DNA of 64,000 nucleotides from Macrostomum lignano. Lineage: Eukaryota. The position numbers and the translations under genes were made by a program. Below, piece after piece: positions 37,515-50,700 of the stretch (within the stretch, counting starts at the first letter, position 1; every line of letters starts with the position of its first letter). The DNA lies in the NCBI GenBank assembly GCA_002269645.1, contig NIVC01003006.1, positions 61,969 to 125,968 of the forward strand, given 5' to 3'. The notes below the pieces were generated by a model that did no database searches, was not told the origin of the DNA, and worked only from the letters and a program-made list of their open reading frames with translations.

Positions 37515-40300
37515 AGTTGGCTCAGGCAAGAAGCCTGTTTGGCCAATATATTTCTATGTATTTAAGATTGCTTCAGGAATAGGAGACAATATTTTAGCAC
37601 TAGTTATTTAATTATGATTAGTACGAGTTTTGCAAAATGGTATTTGAAAGAACGCGGAAAAGTTATTAACGATACTTGGACGACTAACGAAGCGAAAGAA
37701 AAAGCAAGGAGTTAAAAAAGTATTGCAGTTAATAAAAGTAAAAACGAAAGAAAAATGAACAAAAACGAACTTCGAAGGGACTTTACGTTAAGCGAATGAC
37801 GACGATTTAAATAGGTATTAGATAGGAAACTAATTAAATACTAATTAAGTGCTAATTAAGTAGGAAATTAAAAATGGGAAAGGCGGATTTATTTCACTGC
37901 TGATATGTCTGTTTCAGTTTGCATAACTGTTTTAGCTATTCATGACTTCATATATTTTAGCTACACCAGTGAGCTCTTTTCTGACTCTTTTTTCATTTGT
38001 AGCATATCCTAACTTGTGTACTTGCTTGTCATTTAGGAGGTACTGACAGAAGTATTTTTTTCTGAACTTTTCGGTTTGTGGACATTCGGTCAAGTAGTGT
38101 AGGATATCGGAACCATTTCTCGCTCCACACAGTCTACATGGTTCATGAGAGAAAATGTTGGGTGTAATTTCGCATTTCAGTTTTAGGAGGGTTGTTAGGA
38201 ATTTTTTGTTTCTAAAAGTGCATGGAAAGTAATCTGAAAGGTCAGGCCTGCAGATTTTTTTGTAGAGATAGGCGTTTTTATAGAGTTTAATATGTTGCTG
38301 ATTCTCTAGCTTTTGGCTAAGTTCTCTTTCTCTGTGTATCTTGAGGTGCTTTTTCACTAGGTATTTCTCGTTATTAAAGCTTTGGGAAAGTTTATCTTCA
38401 GTTAGTGCTTTTAAGTCTATACTTTCCAGTTTCTTTAGTATATTTGTTTTCCATGGATTTTTTTGGCTGGTGTTTGAGTAGAAAATTTCTAGTGTCGTTT
38501 GGCAAAGTTTTTGATGTCTAATCTTCAGCCAGTAGGTAAGATAGGTTTTAGCAATTCGTTGGGAGATTGGAGTAAGCTCAAGTTCTGATGATATCACACT
38601 GTTGCTAGCAAATTTTGGTAGATTGAGGAGATATTTGTAGAATTTCAGCTGAATGTTATCAATAGCTTTTGTTTCAGAAATGGTAGCCAGAGGGCCCCAG
38701 AGCTCACAGCCGTACGTGATAACGGGGGTGACAAGCGCGTCGAATAGTCTGCGAATGAGTGTGATGTCCAGGGACGTATTTTTTACCTTGTGGAGTAGGG
38801 AAAACATAGCTGAATAACCCTGCTTAGTTTGATGTTCAATACATTTTTTAAAGCTGTTTTTTGGTTCAAAAATAATTCCCAGGTATTTAAATTCATTTAC
38901 TTCCTCTATTTCTTGGTTGTCGTAGATTATTTTTGTAGCAAAACTTTCTGTGTCATTTTTTTGTCTGGTACTGCCCTGCATAAACTTTGTTTTGCTTGCA
39001 TTAACTTTCAAGTAGTTTTGCTTGCAGTAATTTTCCATAGTTGTAAATGTGTCTTGAAGTTCATCTTTGTTTTTAGCTAGAATGGCTTGATCGTCCGCAA
39101 AGAGCAGGATGAGTGGGAAAGCAGATCTCGTAAGAGAGCGCCTAGCGCTAGAGAGTTCAAGATATTCAACAATGTCGTCAATATATAGTTCAAAAAGGAT
39201 GGTAGAGAGAGGGTTACCTTGAAGAACACCTTTAGATATTGGGATTGGCTGGGTTTCATCATCATCATCATCTTTCTTTAGAATGAAACAGGCATTTTTA
39301 TGCATGTTCTTGATAAGTTCTGTCATTTGACCTTTAATACCTTGGTTATCCGTTTTGTGCCAAAGGGTCGGTTGATTTAAGCTATCGAAGGCTTTTTCAT
39401 AGTCAACAAAACCGATAAAGAGTTCATTTTTGTTGTAGATGGACTGGTTTATAATGTTGTAAAGATTAAAACATTGGTCGATTGTGCTGTGATTGGGCTT
39501 GAAACCGTATTGGTATTTTGATATAAGATTGTTAGCGTATGCTAGGTTTTCAAGTCTGGATTTAATAATTTGGCAAAAGAGCTTGCCAAAAATTGGTTGA
39601 ATGCAGATTCCTCTGTAATTGTTGGGGTCGGCACTGCTGCCTTTGTTTTTATAAATCGGATGAAGAGTATTTGTAATCCAACTAGTTGGAAAGGTTCCTT
39701 GTTTGAGTGCTTCGTTGAAAAGTGAGCATAGGAGGTCAGTAAGTTCGTTTTCAAGGTATTTGAGTGTTTCTACATATACTTTATCATGCCCAGGTGCTTT
39801 GTCGGTTTTGAGCTTTTTAATATGTTTTATAACTTCTTCTTTGGTGAATGGGGCATTGAAATCCTCTAAATTAGTCAGAATAGGGTTGTCAAGGTGAAGA
39901 TTGTATGCTAGTCTAATGCTGCTGTCTTGTTCAGTTACAAGATTTTGAAAGTGTATGACAAATTTTTCGTCAATTGCTGCATTGTTATTGGGGCGGTTAT
40001 GTGGTTTCAGTAATTGCCAAAGCTGTCTTGTATCATTTTGAATATAAGCCTGGTTGATCATGTTTTCTGCACACAGTATTGATTCATGTTTCCAAGAAAT
40101 CAAGCTTTTTTCATATGTTTTTTCATAACGAAAATCACGAAAATCACAATTTAAATAAATTTCTTTCTGTGAAACAAAGAGTCAAACAAAATATTGTCTA
40201 ATAGGCCAAGCAAAGTGTCCATCAGTAGCGTTTTGCTCAAGAAGTCTAAATATTTTGCGTGAAATATTTCCTGCTTTATATTTTACAGCTCAGTTTGATT
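37481..40300 (-). mobile_element. 5'-truncated non-LTR retrotransposon (LINE) with an uninterrupted RT-to-C-terminus ORF 40103-37932; clade uncertain (RTEX/L2-like); 5' boundary approximate
   Basis: YRGIC, QYGF, FVDYEKAFDS, GVLQGNPLS, LLFADD, FKYLGI and C-terminal CRLC..HYLTEC motifs; (TAC)n tail at 37481-37513; no endonuclease domain seen. Confidence 0.92.
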
Positions 40301-40449
40301 ACTTAGTAGAATAGACCTTTCCTCTGTTTTAAGATTTTCTGGTAAACAGATCTTCGATGAGTAATTCTCTATCTTAATCGATGACCACCTCTGCTGATCT
40401 TTAATGATGAGCTGGATAACTGTTGACACCCCGCTGACGACAAGGACCA

Positions 40450-43227
40450 CTAGAAGTTACCGTTACTGTTCGTTGTGGCCCATTCGATTTCATTGATAGT
40501 GAAATCCATTTCCAAGTCATCTATCGTGAAGACTTGCTGTCCTTGCTGCTCACTTTTCGATGTAGATATGATGGAATTTGCATATCGTTGCATCGCTTGT
40601 GTCGGCTGTTTTGGTGTGTACTTAGCGTTGCGTAGCCTGTAGCTAGCTATCGTTTTCCGAGGCGCCTCATGGCTCATGCCTTGTTGCTGCCGATTTTTGA
40701 TATTGCTGCCATGGCTTTTGTGGTTTCCGATTGTTGAATGGCTGTCTCGGTTTGTAATACTTGTCGTCCGATGAGGACAATTAATTTGATAATGTCCTTC
40801 TTGTCCGCAGTAGTAGCATCTGGCTTGTGCTTGTTCGTTTCTTCTTTTTTGTTCGGCGATAGCAGCTGTTTGATGTTGCATCAGCTTGTTTAATTGCTGC
40901 GTCAACTTCTGCACGTCAGTGTTGCCTGTTGTCATTAATGGGGCACTGGCTTCCCCATTGCATTCCGCACCGCAGAAGTTCTTCTTCGGTCTCGATGTTT
41001 TCTCGCAAAAGTCTGTCCCGGAGTGACAGCTGTGCATTGTTTATTACATGCAGGATCAGATTTTGTTCACGATCCATCAATCGCTGTCGCTCTCTAGCGG
41101 CTAATTCTGCCGCACCCAAAGGTGGTTGGTTCGCAGCTGACAGTTGGCTGATGCAGTGCCTTAATTATCTGACAGACGTCGTCCACACAAAGGTTAGAAA
41201 GGATTCCGTTGCTTGCATTCTTCTGTTGTGCAGCTTGTGCAGTAGCACCGATCTGTTTGTGCCACAACGGTTGAAGTGCGCGCGCAGTTGAATGATTAAT
41301 GCCGGGTAATTTTGCTGTGTTGCCGCATCCAGTTTGCCGTAAATTTCTCGCGCAGTGCCTTGGAGGAGAGGTGGCAACAGTTGAGCCTTTTCTGGATTTT
41401 GTAGGTTGTATTCCCTACATACCAAGTCGAAATGATCCACGAAAGTGTTAAAATCTTTTTCCATAGAGAACGTGCCGACTTGGATTGGATTGCGCCGCGC
41501 AATGTTAAGTTGTTGATGAGATAGAACGGTAGGTCTATTTGTACAGTCTGGGTCTATTTGTAACGGATCTTCCAGTGTGGTGTTTTTCTCGGAATAAACT
41601 TCGACTGTAATGGATTGTCTTGCGGTGTTTCTGACACGTCAATTTGTTACTTGCTGGTCCGAGCGAAGTTGTTCTTTATGTTACTATTGGCTGACCGCAA
41701 ACGCACTTTTTTTTATTCGCTTGCCGATTTTGCACTTACGAGTATGCGGCGTCCCACAAAGTGTATCTTCAAGTGGTGTCGAAGGGTAGTTGTCTTCTTG
41801 TTTTGCAAATTCTTTTCTTTTTTTGTTTTTGTTTGCTTTTTGTTTTCCTTTATTAATTAATTTCTGTTTGTTTTAATTGCTTACCGATGAAGTTGTAACT
41901 GATTTTCGGTTTTGTTTTAGCTTGTGCCGACGAAGGTTTTAATTAATTTTCAGTTTGTTTTGAAATTACACTTGCTCGAGCTCGTTAAAAACAAAATTAA
42001 CACGCGTGCTCAAATTATTTTACTCAAAATTGACAGGTTCTAAAGCCTTGTACGCAAAAAATTACTCGAGTTTCACAGAAAACGAAAATCGAAAAGTGTT
42101 AACTCTAACACGTGCGCACAAAATTAATGAAGACGCTCTCTCGTTACGTATCAATAGCTTGATCAGGGCTATTGCTCAAAAAGCTTGAGTAGTGCCGAGA
42201 GGGCGAGATCACCAATTGATGTGTTCCTTACTACCAAGACTTTCTTAGTAATCAAGGAACAATCACTTCTAGCTACTGCTAGGCAACCCAGTAATCAAAT
42301 GAAGGTATCTCTTACCTTGAGTCCTGTCTTGGAGAGCTCTTCCTTGTTTTGCAGTTCTCGGATTTCTTGACTCGTTAGACGTCTATGTTTCGTAAACCAG
42401 GTCCGCGTTCCTTTACTTTCACTGAAGTCGTTTCCGGCCGGTATCTGTCGTTTGGACCAATCAGAAGCTTCGTATTATCAATGGGGATCCTTGCGCCTTA
42501 ATGTGGTTCAAATAAGCCTTCTCCCTCTAGCGGTGTCTTAAATGCACCCTAGGTATAGCTCCGGTATTCACTGATAGTCTTCTAAAAGCTATCAGGGTAG
42601 TCCTTCTGGAGACTGCAACCAATAGAGTCTTATAAGACTCAGGAGTCTCAATAGACTCAACAACAACAATAATAATGAGTCGACTTAAACACCTGGCGCA
42701 AATGAGTAAGGCTTACCGCAAGAACTCGACCAAGTCTTGATTGACTTGGTGACTAGGAAGTCTTCCTAAGGCTTCCTCTTCGGAGCTTCTTCCTTCTGAA
42801 AGGCAAAATCTGAGGCTCCGGTCCGCTCAGGACCACTTGTATTTATAGGCAAACGGATCTCTCTCGAGGTCGTCCATCACATTTTCGTAAATGTCAAAGA
42901 GTCACGCTTTGGTTGCTGTCAAGCATGACAGGGTAGAAAGTTAAGCAACTAGTCTAGTGTAAGCGCGGTTATTGGTTTTCGTGGTTGGGTTATTTTGGGC
43001 TTTCTTTGATTGGTTCACCCGGTGCAGGCCGGATGATGAATCGCAGGTAGGGTTTACACTTGACATTTGTAGGTCACACGTGATTGGTCGGTTACTGAAA
43101 ATAACATGTTCGACTTTACTCGATCTCTTGTGGTTGGTTGACTAAAATATACTTGTGATTCAGAACTTAATCTTATACATGCTACTTAGTATACTACTGA
43201 ATAAAATGTGTGAGTAGTACATTAACA
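40450..43227 (-). mobile_element. LTR-retrotransposon 5' remnant: putative LTR 43227-42217, PBS about 42214-42197, disrupted gag about 41800-40450
   Basis: Gag-like FNTFVDHF..KAQLLP.LLQG.A..IY..L and zinc knuckle CYYCGQEGHYQINC. TG..CA bounded region with TATAAATA, then AT spacer and TGGTGATCTCG resembling a tRNA-Trp PBS. No pol or second LTR seen. Confidence 0.65.
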
Positions 43228-43247
43228 CTTTTTATGTCTTTTCTTTT

Positions 43248-43417
43248 ACGGGAAGTAGAACACTCTACACGAGATCATTGAAAGCTTTCAGACGCATCAA
43301 AGAATTCGGCTAAGAGGATAGACTTTGAACTCACGGGAAGTAGAACACTCTACACGAGATCATTGAAAGCTTTCAGACGCATCAAAGAATTCGGCTAAGA
43401 GGATAGACTTTGAACTC
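43248..43417. repeat. 85-bp direct duplication (2 copies)
   Basis: ACGGGAAGTAGAACAC at 43248 and 43333. Confidence 0.9.
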
Positions 43418-44642
43418 ATAAATCTTTTATGGTCTGTTAAAATTACGAAAAAAAAATCTAAAGCACTTGACTTTGGCAGCCTGTCTGGCGCAAAAAAGGC
43501 TCCGCTGTCTAGAAATGATTTAAAACCCTAAAAAAGAGAGTAAAATTGGATTCTGAAGAAGTTCAAATCGACCTAGAAAATCATAACCAGCAATTATACT
43601 AAGAATAATTGTAATAGTCGCAATAATTCTGATATGGTACAGAAAATATGGTCTTGCAAAACCATGTGTCCCGCCTACTTACTTATGATACTTACTTGCG
43701 ATAGGTACATAAGTACTTATGATAGTGATGGTAAGCTTATGATAGACTTATCTGGCCCTGAATGGTGCGTTTAGGTTTTCATTGGGTTTTAACGGTTTTT
43801 GTAGTGGCTGGCGATGGATTGGGATGGAAAATCTTTACGTAAATTTAAATACTGTGCCAACCGACTGAACATCACAACCTTTATGTGATGCCGTGATCGT
43901 GCCTCACGCCCGCAACTCATTCTGACCGGTATGCACAAGCTTCTGATCCAGCATCGTTTTGATTGCTGGGGTAAGATGCAAAGAAGGCAAGTAGAGGAAG
44001 GCAAGATCGAAGCTTGGTGGTGCTACAGGCAGCAGTAGACTGCTACACTCGTATCTGATATGCTCAAGTAGAAGCTAAACTTTCAGCCCATTAACTCGTG
44101 TTGTTACGTGGCAAGGGAGGGGTTAACGGCGTTATCGTAGATTTAGCTGTCCCAAGAATAGGCTGGCAACATGGTTTATGTACGGCGCCCCTTGCAGTAA
44201 AGATTAGGCGCCCATGGTGCTGATGCCCCTCACGCTGACGCCCACTGTAAAATAACCTCTCAAACAAAATGACGCACGTAGAATAAAAAATTGACATAGA
44301 ATCCGAATTTTCTTAACGAAAAGCTTTATGAATATCAATAGAGCAATAAGAAAGGCACAATATATCAAAATATGAACACTGGGTCTGCCTCATTTCGAAA
44401 GCAATAACAATTTTAATATGAAAAAAGTGAAAAGTTCCGATTTCCGTAATGTTTCGGCGATAACCAGCCTCCCTAATTTTTAGTTTCCCGTCCTTCTATA
44501 GTTGAGTAGTCTTTGCTAAAGGATCGGGTAGTTTTTTGGAGGCCAATTTCCTGGAAAAAATACCCTGCGAAGATAGGAAAAAACTTTTTTTAATCACAAA
44601 ATCAATGATTTCATTTGATCTCTTGTAGTGAAGATTACCATT

Positions 44643-44966
44643 CCGTCAATAGCATCCGTATAATGTTACTTTGTTGTATCTTAGCTGTGTAGTGAAAGTT
44701 TGATTTTCATTTCATAAGCCCAACCGTCAATAGCATCCGTATAATGTTACTTTGTTGTATCTTAGCTGTGTAGTGAAAGTTTGATTTTCATTTCTTAAGC
44801 CCAACCGTCAATAGCATCCGTATAATGTTACTTTGTTGTATCTTAGCTGTGTAGTGAAAGTTTGATTTTCATTTCTTAAACCCAACCGTCAATAGCATCC
44901 GTATAATGTTACTTTGTTGTATCTTAGCTGTGTAGTGAAAGTTTGATTTTCATTTCATAAGCCCAA
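44643..44966. repeat. 81-bp tandem repeat (4 copies)
   Basis: CCGTCAATAGCATCC at 44643, 44724, 44805 and one further unit. Confidence 0.92.
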
Positions 44967-45734
44967 TCCAAAGTTGTAAATGCAAACTTACAAGTGAAAT
45001 TTTTGCTTTGTTCCTTCTTGAACCCAGTATAATTTGTAAAAAAACTGTTGCATGCAGTACTCTGATGTTTTAAGCTGGACCTTGGCTTAAAAATGACAGC
45101 TTTCCAAAGACTAGGTCAACAAAAATATGAAAAATGATATTTAAACATTGTCTACAATTAATAATCTAGACAGGTCTAAGAAGAACTACTAATATGCATT
45201 TAAAATGGAACTATACCAACAATATTGGCTTAAGAGTGCCTGAATGCACCAGTTTTTGCCCCCCCCCCACCCACATGCTCATACTTATACTTCCTAGCTA
45301 ACCAAGCATCTAAGCAAGCTAAGATCAAAGCAAGCTGTACTTTCCCACGGCTTCAAGAGTGCCTAATTAATTAATATTCGGTATGTTAATTTCTACTTGT
45401 TGGTGACTGGGAACTTTTGCATGCAGCTGGTACTGGGTGAATTTCAGTTCTTGCACTGCAGGTGCTTGCGATTTGTAATTCGGTTCGCGCTGTTTTTAAT
45501 AAGCAGTCTGGTTGGTGAGACAACAGGAGAACATTTCTCTAATACCAGTTTTTTATGACCTTGCGCTGATCGTTGAAAGTTATTTTGGATTTGGTTTTGG
45601 GGCAGCGAATTTAATGAGGTTTAAAGAATGCGTATTGAAAATGAATAATGGGAGAATTGAGCAAGAATTGTAGTATGTTGGGAATTTTAGAGATCAGATA
45701 ATCTTTTAGGTTTTTTGAATGAGAGAATGAGAAC

Positions 45735-46269
45735 CAGATGAGAATGTTGGCGAGATGTGAATGTCGGCGAGATGAGAATGTCGGCGAGATGAGAATGTCG
45801 GCGAGATGAGAATGTCGGCGAGATGAGAATGTCGGCGAGATGAGAATGTCGGCGAGATGAGAATGTCGGCGAGATGAGAATGTCGGCGAGATGAGAATGT
45901 CGGCGAGATGAGAATGTCGGCGAGATGAGAATGTCGGCGAGATGAGAATGTCGGCGAGATGAGAATGTCGGCGAGATGAGAATGTCGGCGAGATGAGAAT
46001 GTCGGCGAGATGAGAATGTCGGCGAGATGAGAATGTCGGCGAGATGAGAATGTCGGCGAGATGAGAATGTCGGCGAGATGAGAATGTCGGCGAGATGAGA
46101 ATGTCGGCGAGATGAGAATGTCGGCGAGATGAGAATGTCGGCGAGATGAGAATGTCGGCGAGATGAGAATGTCGGCGAGATAAGATTGTCAGCGAAATGA
46201 GTCGGCGAGATGAGGATCGGTGACATGAAAATGTCGGCGAGATGAGATTCCGCGAGCTGCGACGTGCCC
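45735..46269. mobile_element. 17-bp array (GAGATGAGAATGTCGGC) forming a probable lone arm of a foldback element
   Basis: About 28 near-perfect units ending in GCTGCGACGTGCCC, like the other foldback termini; partner arm and TSD not found. Confidence 0.55.
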
Positions 46270-47299
46270 AAGAATCTTGGCTTTTTCTAGTACTTTTGCA
46301 TGCTCGAGGTTCTTTCACGCGTTACTGAATATCCAACCAATTGTTTAATTAACTTCTTCTTGTGACAGCGTCAGGAAATAGCTGTTTGCTGAGCTCGTAA
46401 ATTCTGACAGGCTGATATGGTTTTCCGTTTCACTGGAATTAGTGGAAATGAATTGAATCACTTCCTTTTTAAAAGTACAGAAGTCTGGCACCTATCTCGT
46501 ATATGCATGGTTCGCGCTATGCCTTGCTATTCCTATTCGTACGGGTTCCATTGAACCCTACATACATGTATCTTTCTAATCGATTTCCTTATCGTTCTGG
46601 TTCTGGCAATATACGAATAGGTCGTAGATAGCTCTTATTTCAACTCCCCTGCCACGTTACTTGAGAGCTTGCGATATGTTTGTACATATAGAGCAAGTTG
46701 AACTTGTATGGTATACAGTTTTTACTCAATGAGCAACTGAAATCAGCTACTTTTGTATTTTCCATTAATTTCTATTTTTTCCAACTCTAGAACTTGGAAG
46801 CTTCTTCAGAACTAAGTAAAAGTTCCCCTTGTCAGTCTATTTCGCGAGCGTGTACTTGCTGTATATTGTGTTTGTGGCCCTTGGACGGCCGTATCGCGGG
46901 GTTTACAGTAAAAACCAGTTCACTCACTGGCTGGGGCAAGTCTAAAAATAGATGGCCTACTAAGTCCTCCAAGTGACCTCAGCACGCGTCTAGCAGGAGG
47001 GGAAGGCATGACAATATAAAAAAGCTGTGCAGCATTTGGGTAAAGCATAACACAGGTAGAGAAACTGGTTAGTTCTAGCCTCACTATACTCGTTTGCTTC
47101 TCTTAATTATTTTTCTAGCCTGCCTCAGTGGCTCTATAAAAGACAATACTAAACCGTGCGTGCGTCAGGGAGCAAGCAAAGCAGTCTGCAAAACAAGCCG
47201 TGACCCCAGCTAAGGGTTGAAACTCAACGCATACTTTGCAAAGGTAATAAGGCTTCTAAATTTTACTTTGATTTTGTATTAATTCCATACTCGCATCAT

Positions 47300-47733
47300 C
47301 TACGAAGTACTGGCGATTTTTGAATCCGGATTTTCTCCGGTTCTAGACGCGTTCTTTTTCCCACGATCGATGTCCCTCAGTCTCCTGCTCTTTCCTGTAT
47401 AGATGAACAGGAGACGAGAAACTGAGTACAGCGTACTGTACAGCACACTGTACACTCAGCTAATGTGTGATTGCGACAGGAAGTACCGCTCTCGGTCGAG
47501 AATTTTCATCCTCTTACCTCTTCCCTCTCTCCCTCTCTTCCCCCCAGTCTACCCCTAGGGCCTCCTGTATTCCCGATTCCCATCCCCTCGTCCTCTAACA
47601 GAGAATTATAAGACGCCGAACAGAGGCAGCCTTCCCCGACTTAACCAGCGACTCTCATAGAGATACCAAGTTTACTTATCCGCCAAGGAATAAGAATAAC
47701 TCTGTCGTAAAATATCTCTTTTTGGTTGAACGG
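47300..47733. promoter_or_regulatory. Candidate divergent promoter / 5' exon region for PIAS (minus) and pyruvate carboxylase (plus)
   Basis: Unique, more GC-rich island between repeats. Plus donor ACG|GTAAGT at 47734; minus donors GAG|GTAAGA (47517) and ATGATGCGA|GTATGG (47289). Inference only. Confidence 0.3.
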
Positions 47734-47756
47734 TAAGTGCGAGAATAGAAATTAAA

Positions 47757-50700
47757 CTAGCCAATTCCAACCCCCGTTGGGGCTTTCCGTCAGAACTCCT
47801 ACCAAAGTTTTCCCACGCAAAAGAAATTCACCCAACTGAACCCCCCCCATCCAAAGAATCTCTAATCCATAAAGTCCCTGATGCAAATAATCTCACGTGC
47901 AAAAAACCCTCATCCAAAGAATCCCATACAAAGAACCCCCCATCGACAGAATCCCCGATCCGAAGAATTCCCCATTCAAGGAATCCTCTATCTGTAGAAT
48001 TCCCTATTTAATGAGTCGCCCATCCATAGAATCTGACATGCAAAGAATACCAATCCTTCCCGTCCCATCCCATCCCATCCCATTGATAGAATCCCCGATC
48101 CGAAGAATGAATCCTCCCATCTGAAGAATTCCCCGTCCAATGAATCCCTTATTACAGAAATAAGTCCGTTGGGGCTTTCCGTCCAAACTCCAATCACAGT
48201 TTTCCCTATCCACAAAATCTCCGATGCAAAAAATCTCACATGCAAAGAATCCTTTATCCAAAGAACCCCCATCGATTGAATCACCGATCCGAAGAATTCC
48301 CCTTTCAAGGAATCCTCCCATCTGAAGAATTCCCCATCCAATGAATCCCCTACTCAATAAATCCTCATCCACAGAATTCCCATCCAAAGAATCCTCCATC
48401 CATCCATATCCAAAGAATCCACCCAAATAATTCATATCATAATCCCCATCCACAAAATCCCCATCCAAAGAATCCAAAGAATCTCCCATCCAAATAATCC
48501 TCCTATCAATAGAATTCTTGGCCAAAGAATTTCCTCATCTAAAGAACCCCGTCCAAATAATCCCCATACAAAGAATCCAAAGAATCTCCCATCCAAATAA
48601 TTCCCCTATCAATAGAATTCTTGGCCAAAGAATCCCCTCATCTAAAAAACCCCCGTCCAAATATCCCCCATCAAAAGAATCCTTTATCTAAAGAATCCCC
48701 CGATTCAAAAAATCCTCCATCGAAACAATGCCCCATCGAAGGAATTCCTCAATGAATCAAAGATATACATTAAAAGCATCCCTCATCCAAAGAATCATCA
48801 ATCCATAGAATTTCCCCCAAGGCTTAACATCTCAGCCGTTCCCCCAAGCCTCGACACCTCAGAAATTTCCCCCAAGCATTGACATCTCAGCAATTCCGGC
48901 GCAAGCCTTGACATCTTACCAATTTCTCCCCGTCCAAAGCCTTGACTTCTCAGTAATTCCCCTCCCCAAGCCTTGACATATCAGTAATTCCCCCAGTAAG
49001 CCTTCATATCTCAGTAATTCCTCCAGTAAGTCTTGACATCTTAGCAATTTCTCCCCGTCCAAAGCATTGGCATCTCAGCGATTTCCCTCCCAAAGTCTTG
49101 ACACCTCAGCAATTCCTTCTTAAGCCTTCACATCTCAGCAATCCCCCCAAGCCTTGACATCTCAGAAATTCCCCAAGCCTTGACATCTGAGTAATTCTCC
49201 TTCCCAAGACTTGACATCTCAGGAACTCCCTCTGAGCCTTGATTCCCTACAAGCTTTGACATCTGAGCAAGTCCCTCTTAAGCCTTGGCATCTCAGCAAT
49301 TCCCCGACGGCGACAAGATTAGACATCTCAGCAATTTACCCCTAAGACTTGACATCTCAGCAGTTTACCCCTAAGACTTGACATCTCAGCAGTTTACCCC
49401 TAAGACTTGACATCTCAGCAGTTTACCCCTAAGACTTGACATCTCAGCAGTTTACCCCTAAGACTTGACATCTCAGCAGTTTACCCCTAAGACTTGACAT
49501 CTCAGCAGTTTACCCCTTAGACTTGACATCTCAGCAGTTTACCCCTTAGACTTGACATCTCAGCAGTTTACCCCTAAGACTTGACATCTCAGCAGTTTAC
49601 CCCTAAGACTTGACATCTCAGCAGTTTACCCCTAAGACTTGACATCTCAGCAGTTTACCCCTTAGACTTGACATCTCAGCAGTTTACCCCTAAGACTTGA
49701 CATCTCAGCAGTTTACCCCTTAGACTTGACATCTCAGCAATTTACCCCTTAGACTTGACATCTCAGCAGTTTACCCCTAAGACTTGACATCTCAGCAGTT
49801 TACCCCTAAGACTTGACATCTCAGCAGTTTACCCCTTAGACTTGACATCTCAGCAGTTTACCCCTTAGACTTGACATCTCAGCAGTTTACCCCTTAGACT
49901 TGACATCTCAGCAGTTTACCCCTAAGACTTGAAATCTCAGCAATTCCCCTCACAAGCCTTGGCATCTCAGCAAGTCTCTCTTAAGGTAAGATTTTATACA
50001 TGTATCTCAATAATTCCCCTGTAAATCTTGACATCTTAGAATTTTATTCCGAGCAAGCATCCCCAAGAGAAAACGTCCTTCTGATAGCAATCATCCCTTG
50101 ATAGAAAGTACCCCCAGCAAGATTAGTGAAACAATTTCCTCAGCTAGCCAATTCCAACCCCCGTTTGGGCTTTTCGTCCAAACTCCAACCACAGTTTTCT
50201 TACACAATAAAATTTAACCCAACTGAATCTCCCATCCAAAGAATCCACGATACAAAGAATCTCACATGCAAAGAATACCCCATCCAAAAAACCTCCCATT
50301 TATAGAAACCCCTATCCGAAGACTCATCTAAAGAATCCCCGTCCAAACAATGCCATATCCAAAAGGATCCCTTTATCGAATGAATCATTCATCTAAAGAA
50401 CCCCCCATTCAAAGAACCCTCCATCGAAAGAATCCCCCATCGAAGGAATTTCCCAATGAATCACCTATCTAAAGATATCCATTAGAAGCAGCCCTTGTGG
50501 AAAGAATCTCCAATCCATAGAATCCCCCCCCAAGAATTGACATCTCAACAATTTCCCCAAGCTTGACACCTCAGTAATTCTCTCTTAAGCTTTGTTATCT
50601 CAGCAATTCGCTCTCAAGACTTGAAATTTCAGGAACCCCCAAGACTTGACGTCTCATAAATTTTCCCCAAGCCTTGACATCTCAGCAGTCCTCCAAGTAA

